64,000 bases of DNA, from the NCBI GenBank assembly GCA_010405405.1, contig MU004245.1:127256-191255 (forward strand), in the 5' to 3' direction. The stretch is from Microthyrium microscopicum (Eukaryota). Every line of letters begins with the position of its first letter. Within the stretch, counting starts at the first letter, position 1. The notes beneath the pieces were generated by a model, which was not told where the DNA came from, made no database searches, and saw only the letters and a list, made by a program, of their open reading frames with translations. Positions 25,765-36,842 of the stretch are shown here, piece by piece. Made by a program: the position numbers and the translations under genes.

Positions 25765-27623
25765 CGTAGTTCCCCAACAGTCCGAATGTGCGGCCATCAG
25801 AGTACAGCCAGGGGATGGCTGCTGGGCTGTCGCAAACAAATGCTCCCCAAGCATAACCGTGGAACAACTCAAAGAATACAATCCAAAGCAAAGCCTTTGT
25901 GAAACTTTAGTTGCAGGAGATGCGCTCTGCTGTACTCCAGGACAGCTCCCCGATATGCGCCCCAAACCGCGGCCAGATGGCACTTGCTATTCTTATAGCG
26001 TGAAAGCCGGAGATGGATGCTGGGACATCGCAAACAAGGCTGGCTTGAAGGTTGGAGACCTGGACTCTTTGAACAAGGAGACTTGGGGATGGACAGGATG
26101 TAGCGGACTGAAGCCCAAGGATCGTATTTGCGTCAGCGTAGGGTGAGTTTTACCTCTCTATTCAATAGACACAGCCTTAGATAGGAGCGAGCCCTTTCTT
26201 ATTTCCCGGATATGGCTTCGAGATCCGAGCTGACTTGAATAGAGCACCACCACTTCCAGAGCCCATAGCCAATGCTCAATGTGGTCCTCAGAAACCAGGC
26301 ACGACTTGGAATCGTCACAATGACAAAAGTCTAGCAAGTCTAAATCCTTGTCCACTGAACGCTTGCTGTACCATCTGGGGTCAGTGTGGTGTTACTGCTG
26401 AGCATTGTACCCCACAAGGTCGAGACAAGTGCATTTCAAACTGTGGTATGGGCATCGTCAACAACAAACAAGAGCCAGCCAAGTTTCGAACGGTTGGATA
26501 TTTCAACGGAGATAACATAAAACGCAAATGCTTAACCATGAACGCGTCTGATATCGATACCAGCAAGTACACGCACATCCACTATGCCTTCGGTGAGATT
26601 GATCCCATCGATTTCAATGTCAACAAAACTGCAAATCAAGAGCAATTCAGGAAGTTTGCAAACTTGACCAATACCAAGCGTATCATCTCATTCGGTGGCT
26701 GGACTGGATCCAACGGCCCAGATTCAGACATCATCAGGAACGCCATATCTGAAAAGTCGAGGATACAATTCGCAATTAGAGTCGCCCAATTCGTGTTAGC
26801 ATGGAAGCTAGATGGTGTCGACTTTGACTGGGAATATGCCGAGGCCACTACAGCAGATACCGCCAATTATCTTCAATTTCTTGAGCTTGTCCGGTCCATC
26901 CTGACTCCAGAGCACTCAGTGTCCATTGCAGTGATGTCAGGATACAATACCATGAAGCAGTATCCGATGCTAGAGATTGCTCGTGTCGTGGACTACATCA
27001 CCTACATGGCTTATGATCTCCACGGACAATGGGGAGTGGGCAACAAGTGGGCTCAGTCAGGATGTCCGTCGGGAAACTGCCTTCGATCACATCTAAACCT
27101 TACTGAAACGTTCCACGGCCTGTCCATGATAACAAAATCTGGAGTTCCAGCATCGAAGATTGTGAGTCTTTCTCTTACCATCAATCTGACTCGCACATCA
27201 ACTAACAGTTATTAGCTTGTCGGTGTAACATCCTACGGTCGTTCTTTCAATATGGCACAGGCAGGCTGTGATGGCCCAATGTGCACATTCACTGGCACCA
27301 AAGACATGTCTGAAGCAAAGCCGGGTAACTGCACTGCTTCTCGCGGTGTTCTTGCAGAGGCCGAAATCATGGATATCGCGAGAAACCAGTCCCGCGTCAC
27401 TCGACACTTTGTGGACGCACACTCTGATATTTTGGTGTATGACAAAACCCAATGGGTGGCCTATTTTGGTCATTACACAAAAGAAGAGAGAGTGGCTAAC
27501 TATAAGCTACTAAACTTTGGTGGTATTGCTGACTGGTCTGTGGATCAACAGGTCAGAAGACCGCCGCCAGCAAGAGTCCAATCGCCGGCTACCTATCACG
27601 TTAAGCTCGAAGGTGCATGGTGA
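25765..27623 (+). CDS. GH18 chitinase, subgroup C type (2x LysM + hevein-like CBM18 + GH18); 5' end not resolved
   Basis: LysM repeats VQPGDGCWAVANKC and VKAGDGCWDIANK; LNPCPLNACCTIWGQCG; YTHIHYAF; SFGGW; catalytic DGVDFDWE; YMAYDLHGQW; DWSVD. Introns at ~26143-26241 and ~27162-27215. Confidence 0.88.
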
Positions 27624-28111
27624 TAACTTTCATTATTTGTGGAATCTAGGTATCGTATAGCATCTTCGGAGGTAACGCTGTTGCACTTTTCTGCTTAATC
27701 CTTTAGACCACTGATATGATATTTCTATCTTTGACAGCTCTTTTGTGATGAGTGATATTGTCCCTAGGCACAGGCAATTTTGAGATGGTACATGGCCAGC
27801 GCATTGAGAACGCTATGCCATATCAGGTCGTATTTGTGGTCCCTTTGGCTATTGAAGTTATCGAACTGCGGTCCCCAATACTACACACGAGAGGAGGCCG
27901 TTGACATGTGTTGGCGATGATGATAGAATGTACCTCTCAATGAGTGATAGTCTGATAAATTGACTGCGGACGGTAAGGAAGTCTGACAAGATGTGATATG
28001 CTTTATCAAAGCAGTATGTCTTCCGAGTGACCAGCGCCATCAAGTCCAGGGTGAGTCCATTTGTTGGGTAACAAAAGCCTGGATCGTTGAAATTGATAAA
28101 TGAGATACAGC

Positions 28112-29153
28112 TCATGCTGTCTCCAATACACGTTGTGGTTGCTCTCGCTCGTACTCGATCTCTCTCCTCGCACCCTTTGCAGCTTTCTTCTTGGGTTTTG
28201 CAGCTTTTGGTGCCACTCTCTTGCGCTTGAGGTTTTGTATCGCCCGCTTCAACTTGTCCGTCTCTGCATCGCCTTCCTCATCATCATCATCATCTTCGGC
28301 ATCATCCGAATCATTCACATCCTCCTCGCCGCTCTCATTGCTTCCGATCCAATCTTCTAGATCGTCCAGGTCTTCATCTTCCGAGTCCGAATCAACATCG
28401 CTAACAAACTCGACCTGGCCCATGCCCTCTTCAAGTTCGTCCTCTTCCTCCCACTCTTCTTCCATATCAGGATCAACCTCTAGCTTTCCTTCTCCACTCT
28501 TCTCCAATCCGCGCAGAACCTTCTTCCAAATACCCTCTTCGACATTTATGGGCTTGTCACCATAGGCACCGCTTCTCAGTCGTTCAATCAATTCGCGTTC
28601 AATGGTACGTTCGACCTTGGCGGCAGCTTCGGCCTTGCGTTCTCTCGTTGCTTCTCGTCTTCGGATCTTGGGCGCAAGCTTAGGCACTAAGTGTTCACCC
28701 AGCCTCTCTTGTTCGCGCACTAATTTTCGAGTGCGAATTGCCACCTGAGTAAGTCGAGTCAACCGTTGTTTGCATTTGTGGACGAGAAATTTGGGCCAGT
28801 AGATGAGTTGCTCATCAATCGATTCGAGGGCTTTAGCATAATTTGATGGTAACCGTATGCGTTCCCACCACTTTTTTGGCAAATGAGATCGTTCAATGGT
28901 TTTGATGTAGAGGTACATGCGGCCGGTGGCTGGGTCGCTGCGGATCGTGGCATAGCGGGAGTTTGCAAGAGGACATGCCTGGCGCGAGCAGAAGCCGGTG
29001 ACGTTAAATTCGTTGCGACAGAAGTTCTGATCTTTGGTGGTTCTATAACTGGTCAGTGAACGGTACGGGTAGGCCAGAAACAAGGACGGACTTGAGTTTG
29101 AAGCTACAATGCTGGTTGTTTATGATGTTCCAGACAATCTCATCGGACGCCAT
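28112..29153 (-). CDS. MAK16: Mak16, 60S ribosome biogenesis factor
   Basis: [20 protein letters not shown]|..[50 protein letters not shown], acidic tail, EIEYERE. One intron with a GTCCGT donor. Confidence 0.96.
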
Positions 29154-29225
29154 GGTGTATATACGGAAATTGGTAAAGTAAACGGATGGTCTCGGGCAAT
29201 TCGCTATTTGGTTGGTGCTGGTTAT

Positions 29226-29350
29226 AAATTTTCAGATTGTTTGAATTTTGGGGAATTGTAAATTTTTGGAGGGGTTGATCCCTGTCATCGGTATTTCGGC
29301 CTCAGTAACGAGGGCGGATCGGGAGTGATCTCCATCTTATCTCTTATCGC
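29226..29350 (-). promoter_or_regulatory. RRPE-like (TGAAAATTT) and PAC-like (GCGATAAG, tandem GATAAG) motifs upstream of MAK16
   Basis: Plus-strand aaattttca at 29226-29234 and cttatctcttatcgc at 29336-29350, ~70-200 bp upstream of a ribosome-biogenesis gene. Resembles the yeast RRPE/PAC pair. Confidence 0.45.
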
Positions 29351-30203
29351 CGAGAGAGGGACAACAGCCTTGACTTTCTCATTTCTCTACCAAACCATGT
29401 TGAGCATCTCCAGAATTCAAACAGTGAGACAAACCACTTCGCCTTGAACTCCGCTTCTCCGCCTTGTTCCACAACAACGCCGTCCCTCGTTGCCAGCGCA
29501 TCCTATTGGAGAGGGTCAGCATGCCATTTGGAGTACCCTCGGAACGCGATCCGCAGGTACTCGGAAGGCGTTTTTACTCCCTTAAAGGGAATAGCGCGCA
29601 AAAGAGTAAAAGTCGTTTTTACTGAGTAAAATCGACTTGCACTCCACTTTTACTTCTCATGCTGACCTACTACTAACCTGTTTTGGAATAGTGCTAAGGT
29701 TGAGTCAACGTCAAAGTTATTTAATTGGATGTTGAAGTTAAGATCATGGCACAAAAACGCCTATAGGGAGAATTACTATGAGGGCAGTTTCTGCGGTTTG
29801 ATATCACGAGATCTCAGGAGCTAGGCTAATTCCAGAGTAGATCGACAGTCAAAATCCGTAGTAAATGTGGAGTCAAAATCCTAGGAATTCACGGGCTGAC
29901 CCTCTCCATTCTGTGGTACATGTTACTATTCCTTCCCTCGAACCACTGCTCCTCCAGTCGCAAAGCTTCTACGGGTTCCACCTCGGTTCTTGTGCCTCAG
30001 CTTTAGATACTCTAGAGATTCTTTTTGCTGTTCAACTGTCACTTCATCCGCTGCTATTTCACTACCAATAGAGCTCCTATGAAATCCTTCTCACCTGGTT
30101 GCTACAAATAGCTGCTTATCCCATACCATTACTTATCCTATAAGCATCTCTCAAGATAATCCTTTCAACCAACTAAACTATCTATCCTCCCTCATAAATC
30201 AAA

Positions 30204-33200
30204 ATGACGCGAATGGATATACCTCCCTCCTTGGAGCTGCTGGTTGCAGCAAACACCATCGAGAAGAAAGTACAAGCTTTGAAGCTCCTCAAAAACGATA
30301 TAATAGGTCACGAACGACGAAAAGCAGCTACCATTCATCAAGGCATAATCCAGGTTTTATGTCAGGCGATAAAAGCGTCAGAAACATCAAAAGACACACG
30401 CCAAAGTGTTCGAGGGGCCAAGGTGGCCGGTTCGGCGCGCACAATTAACGAATTGACTCTGGAAGGACAAATGCGACTACAGAGCATCTTTATCACGACA
30501 AGCTTAGCGCATGGTATAATACCTAGACATTTACAATTTACTACGTATTACTGACCACTGAAATAGCCGGTAACCCCTTCATCGCGCCCCTCGTCGCGGG
30601 AAATGTTGTTTCTCATCTTCAAGACGCACTCAACCTCGATTATGCCCATCCCAAAATCACATTGGAGAGTCTGCGAGCTCTCGTGACCATAACTTCAAGT
30701 CTCTGGGATGATCCTACGGACAGCTATCGTGAGCTTCATAATAATGTGTCGAACCTAATCATCCATCCAGGCTCGCTGGCTCTGGAGAGCATTCTTCGGC
30801 TGCTTGGAGCAGACAGTGAATCGCAACCACCGGATGATCAGTTGATTCTTGTCTTGATGCTCTTGCGCTACGTTTCTATCGATTGCGAACAGCGCCAAAA
30901 GATCATTGTGTCGGCTGGAATCTTGGATTTCTTGGCCTTCAAACTCGCTTCTTGGATTGCTGGGAATCAGTCCCTGTTCCACCTGAATGCACCATACCTG
31001 CTTTCAAAATTCAACCACTGCCCTAGACGGGGCGTATATTCTCATCTTGTTAGAGCGATTGCTGCGATCATTGGCAAATCCAAATATCGGAGTGCAAGAT
31101 TCATGAGCTGTCGGGACTTTCTGACCGTTTTCCCTGAGACGCCAGAGATATGTTCAAGCTCGGATGTTAGAGACCGGCCAAGCGATGAATTGCATGACAG
31201 CGAGTCGCGTGTGCTCTGGGAACGCTTTCTACCCCAAGTTTCTTCTCACACAAGTCGCTCTGACTCTTACGGAACTGCTTCGTTCCCTCCCCTAGCCTCT
31301 AAACCTCAGCAACCTACTAACCTCAGTAGCGATGCTATCGCTTGGTTGATCCACATGGCACGATCCACAACCGGAGAGGAGCGTGTTAGCACCATGATAC
31401 TTCTTTCTACTATCCTCAATGCTACCAGACTGAACACGCAGTATGAACGACATCTAGCATTACTCGTGATACCGCTTCTGGTCAAAATGATAAGTGACTA
31501 CAAGAGCTCAACGCCCACTGTGACATCGGTTCGCTCCTGCTCGGATGCAGTTCTAGCTCTTGGGCTTATTGTATCCGACAGCGAGACCCTTCAGCAAGCA
31601 GCTGTTGATGCGGATGTCATCCAGCACTTGTGTGCTCATACCAAATCGGCGTACGAATATCCAAAACAAACCCCGAAAGCTATGTGGTCTCCGGATAGAC
31701 GATCAATCATAGCTGAAGTAAGGACCTTTGATGATCCACGGAAACTCGGTCCAAATGGACTCACCCTGCAAAATGCTGAAATGGCGATTCTCAAGGCCCG
31801 CTGCATGTCCACGATGTCCTACCTGATTGCTCAAAGCGATAAATCTCGCAAAATTGTCATAGACCATGGCTATCTCACATACGTCGCGGATTGTCTATCG
31901 CCACATCCAATCTCCAACGACGATAGTTCTTTAGACACTGAGCCTGAAAAAGAACTCATGCCCTGCATAGCCATTCTTGCTGCAATGGAGCTTGTCACCG
32001 CGCTGTCAAGGTCGATATCGGTTTTACGTACAAGTTTGATAGACGCAAAAATTGCGATACCAATATTCGACCTTGCTCGCAACAAGAACATGGAAATCAA
32101 AATCAGTGCGGTGAACGTGCTTACAAATCTAGTCATGCATTTCAGTCCTATGAGAGATGTAAGTTTCACCTTTCTAGTGTCAATTCCTTGCTAAATCCGT
32201 ATAGTCACTCGTGCGCGTCGGTGTACAACATCTTCTTATTGAGTATGCACGTTCATCAAATATCGAGCTGAAAAAGGGTGCACTTTGGGCCTTTAAACAT
32301 CTTGTACTAGCCATAGATAGCGGTAAGGCTATCAAATGGCTAGAGGAGCTTGGTCCTGGGTACTTGATGAGCCTACTCAACGGCGAGTCTAGCTCACAGA
32401 AGAGTCATCTAGCTATCGCAAATGTCAGAGGCGAGAAGGTTGACTTGCTCAATGAAGAGCCAGATATGGATGTGGATGGACCTCTAGTACCGTCTGAGGA
32501 TGAGCAAGATCAAGAATCCAACTCAATCTTCAAGTCGATTGAAGCGGAATATGGGCCCCCCATAAATTATCTCCCAAAGCTTCGACCCATGAAGTATGCC
32601 GAGCATCATCAATCGGCACGATCTCGCCGCGACGATATCGAATTACAGCACCACGCCCTCGATATAGTCAGAAATATGACATCAGAACCTACTGAACATC
32701 TACCCGTTATTATCGATCAAATACTCAATCTCCTAGGCTCTCCTCGATTTTTTGAGATTGTCATCTCCAAATTCAAACCACGATATAGCAGTACAGCAAC
32801 ATCGAACACACCCACGACTTCTACCGCTGGAAAACGTCCAACGCTCACAACTCCTGGCTCTTCCGAGCGCCATATTCCGCATGTTCATGATGCGCCTACT
32901 TATATCGATTCAACTCCCTACACGCACCCCGATGTCATCATGTCAGCTTGCTACGTGATAGCACACTTTGCCAATGGCCGATCGACTCAGCGCACGCTTG
33001 TCCTGTCGCAACCACACCTTCTCAATCTTCTATCACCTCACTTCCTACACCCGAAAGTGGAGATTCGGAAAGCCTGTTTGTGGTTTGTGCACAATTCGCT
33101 TTGGGGAGATAATAACGACGATGGTAAGGCCGTACGACAACGCGCGTCTGAGCTGCGGAAGGCTGGGCTAGAGGAACGATGCCGTTTGTTATTGGGCGAT

Positions 33201-33299
33201 CCGGTTATGGATATCCATGAAACTGCCAAATTGGTGACGGATATGTTTGTAAAGATACTCGGCTCGCCGGCCGCAGCTGTTATGAGAGTATGGGAGTAG
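30204..33299 (+). CDS. VID28: Armadillo-repeat protein, Vid28/Gid5 (ARMC8)-like GID/CTLH subunit
   Basis: LKLLKNDIIGHERRK N-terminus, LSRSISVLRTSLID, NLVMHFSPMRD and ALWAFKHLV match the ARMC8/Vid28 pattern. Two introns join three ORFs. Confidence 0.8.
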
Positions 33300-33504
33300 T
33301 CAAGAAGATGTTACGATATGGCAAAGGTGGATGATAAGCACTTGCGTTGCTTCGGCGGTATTGCTTTTGTAAGTTAGAACACAAAAGAAACATGTTCCCA
33401 CCAATCCAAAACTTCATCACTGCAGGTGCTCTCTCAATTTCCAGTATTTGTTAACGCATAGAATAGCACACCCGCCCCTCCCTAAACATTCAGCACAAAA
33501 ACCA

Positions 33505-34556
33505 TCACAAGCCCTCCAATTTCTTCCCCATCCAATCCAAGATTTCCACCCTCGCCTCCTCACCAACAGCCGCTGGAAACGCCGTAAATCCATGTGCTCC
33601 CCCGGCATACACCTTCACAAACGCCTCGCCCCCAGCAGCCTGCCACTTCATCCCCATCATCAACGTATCATCCACCAACGGATCCGCCGTCCCAACCACC
33701 ATCACCGCCGGCGGCAGTTTCTTCTTTGCCGCCAGCCCATGCAAATCCGCATACAGCGGACTAATCCTCGGATCCCTAATCTGCGCTATCGTATAGCTCG
33801 GCGTGTATGCGTCCATGAACGCTTGCATCACCTCCTCGTTCAGCAGCAATGGGCGCGTGTTTCCTGCGATCGAGGGCAAATTCATCGTGCCATCATACAC
33901 ACCGAATGGCAGCACGAGGCCGAGGAGTGTGAAGGATGGGCGCGAGACGTGTAGATGGAGGGCGGTGACGACGGCGAGGTTTGCGCCAGCGGATTCACCG
34001 CCCATGAAAAGAATGGGGCCATGGCTGTCGTTGTCGACAAGATGGTGGGCCACGTCGATGCAGTCTTCGAGGGGTGCGGGGAAGGGATGTTCGGGGGCGA
34101 GACGGTAGCCGATGGAGAGGACTGTCAGTGAGTGGGTGGTGGCGTAGCGGGCGAGGGAGATGTCTTGTCTACGGTAATGTCAGTCAATTGAGAGGATGGA
34201 GGACGGGGGGGAGAGTACTCTTGATGTCCGCCGATGACGAAGCCGCCACCGTGGATATGCAGGAAGATGCCTTTACTGGCGCTGTCTTTGGGGACGATCT
34301 TGCGGACAGGAATCGTGCGGCCGGTATCACGCGATGGGATGGGGATATCTTCGGCGTCGGGCAGAAGGACGGGTGCTGGCAAGGCGGTTTGTCCTAGAGC
34401 TCGCATGGAGCGGTATTTGGCGGCACCGACTTCCATCCAGGTAGGGCCTTTGACGAACATTGTCTCGATCATGGTGTTGAGTTTGGCGGTCTCGGGGGAC
34501 ATATTCGCCGGATCAAAGGCGCTCGCATTGAGGTTGAGATCGTTGGAGCCTGACAT
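33505..34556 (-). CDS. Alpha/beta-hydrolase, HSL-like esterase
   Basis: LHIHGGGF oxyanion motif, GYRLAPEHPFPAP, GESAG nucleophile, ADPLVDD, GAHGF. One intron. Confidence 0.9.
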
Positions 34557-35400
34557 TTTGAAGTATGAAATTAGATTCAAGATATCTCAGTTTGAGTGCT
34601 AAAGAATGAAATGTAAATATCTTCTTATGTATGTCTGAAAATAGAATCATCCACAAGAGAAGAAACAATCTTGAAACCGCTCTGGCCGAAAGAGCCGTTA
34701 TATACGCTGGAGCTCTTACAGTGATTCGGATATATCACGGACCAGAGTAAACTCCAGCATCATGTGTTTCACGGATGGATTGGTTAGTGATTGAAGCTAA
34801 TGTAGGTACCTGCAGGTGGGCCTCTTTCTTTATCCTCCAACCGCCAACCTCAAGCCTGAAATTGGCTGTAACAACTTCACGAGAATCCTTCGCTTGAATC
34901 CTTCGCTTCGCATAACGAGAGATATGCATTTGAGAACTAGATGATTTCCGAGATATAACCTTGAGCTCTAATCTTCAGCTGAAGATACCTCGGTGCCGTA
35001 CCAAAGTACTGATCGATAGGTTTTTCTCTGATGTCTAGAGTATCTAGCACCACACTTGCTAGAAAGTCTGCTTCCATTTCCACTAGCGAGAGTATCGAAT
35101 GCATTGGGGATTACAGTACACCACGTTTGAGATGTGCTATGGCAAACATCTCAGTTTATGGGAGATTGCAAGGAACCAGGACAGCGTTATTCCAATCGGG
35201 ATTTGCCAAGTTAGTGAACTTTCATTTGTGTTACCAACTTAATACTACCATTCAGAGAACTCGCATAGTCATGCCAAAGTAAGTCGCTATCAGACAGAGG
35301 ACAACGAATTTGAACCCTCAAATTCCACTGAGCAGTCGAATTTGAGGCGTTTCCAGTTCATACATCATGATATCCTTCTGTACCACACTTCCACAGAACT

Positions 35401-36009
35401 TCAACCAACCCACTGGTCGTTGACATGAATGATCATGTCCACGTTAGTGGGGCCGCCGATGATACCCATGGAACCTGAAAAGTCAGATCGAAGTCGATAA
35501 AGAGTTTCTGATTGGGAACTTACCACCCTGCATGCCGCAGAGCCAGAGAAGTTGCTGAACTCGGTAAGCAACCAAGTCGCAACCAATGCCCATGACGTGA
35601 TTCTCATCTGGCCAAGAGACTCCGGAGACGTAGGTCGATCCCGAAGAACAGAACTGTCCGTTACCATTGGGTCCTTTGGTCCTGGTACTTGTTAGGCGGA
35701 ACTACATATCTATCTGCTGTCACCATGACGCAGAGTGAACGGAAATCTTACCAGCACTGCTGGCCGGCACGATCATTGAGGAAGGAGATGCAGGCATCGA
35801 TATTGGCCTGGACGAGGAGCACGCTATTACAGCGAGGGTCGTAACCTTGAGCGGCGGTGGTGTTGCGGGCGACTGAACTTGGAAATTAGCAACTTCAGGC
35901 TACCAGAGCACGCGCTGAGAAGATGCTTACCAAGCTCTTGTGGGATAGCTGAGGCTTTTCCTAATCCGACGACACCAAGAATGGTGGAGATAATGACTAA
36001 GAAGCGCAT
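35401..36009 (-). CDS. Small secreted cysteine-rich protein (six Cys), effector candidate B; 3 introns
   Basis: Signal peptide MRFLVIISTILGVVGLGKASA. Spliced ...YDPRCNSV..NIDACISFLNDRAGQQCWTK..QFCSS..YVSG..GCDLVAYRV..LCGMQGGSMG..NVDMIIHVNDQWVG*. Colinear with the gene at 17484. Confidence 0.8.
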
Positions 36010-36842
36010 CTTGATTCTAGGAATTTGGAAGTGCAATTAAAGCTAAGAGGTGAGAACAGGATGTGAATAAAGCCGCGGTTTTCGCAGCGTTATGAAGCAG
36101 AATTCTAGTTTGTGGTGTAGAGGGAGAGGGAGAGGGAGAGGTCAAAATGATAAGTGTGCGAGGTTACATATCTCGAACTGTGCAAGGCCAAAAGGTCACC
36201 AGACTGTGTCCTTAGGCTTCGAGGAAAGTGAGCTTGAGTCATAGAAAGCGCCAGAACTTAGAAGCAGTCGGGGAGCTGGAAGCAAGAGCGATGAACCGGA
36301 TCTGGGATAGTCGGGTCAAGATGGTCGAATGCTGCTGCCGCCTGCGGTTTGAGCATATCAAGTCAAGCCAGTCCCGCTCGTGCTTCAAAGCTTGAGCATG
36401 TGCCCCAGTACTCAACATGGATGGAAAGAACATGTCACTCTGCTTGAAGAGAAGGAAGACTCAGCGGACATTAGCATATGCAGAAGAAACGGAAGACGGT
36501 GTCCTGAAGTAGAGACAGCACCAGTAAGCAAGAAGCCTTTGGGAATGTCTCCATTTTGCTGCCAATGGTTTCAGTATATATGTCTTAACAGGTGCTCGTC
36601 AGTATAATTACAGCTTTTGGTAAAACATTATCATAGGCGTCCGCCAGAAAGCAGAGGAATGAACATCGTTTGCGTGTGATATATAAAGGGACACCAATCA
36701 TGAAAAAGCCAAGAACAACTTGAATTTACAGGTCAGTCAAATCGTATATAACGCAACCAGGGGTATATAAACAATGCCGTAAGAACATCCAAAATAAACA
36801 AATAACTAATCCTCAAAATCAGTTAAGTTTAGCGAAAGGCAA

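Noticed and set aside
28191..28565. Ser-rich plus-strand ORF
   Set aside because: Antisense of the MAK16 acidic tail.
33448..34602. Several Arg/His-rich plus-strand ORFs
   Set aside because: Antisense shadows of the GC-rich esterase gene.
34885..34911. 13-bp tandem duplication (GAATCCTTCGCTT x2); also (GGGAGA)3 at ~36122 and (ATCCAG)3 at ~59525
   Set aside because: Ordinary slippage repeats with no associated structure.
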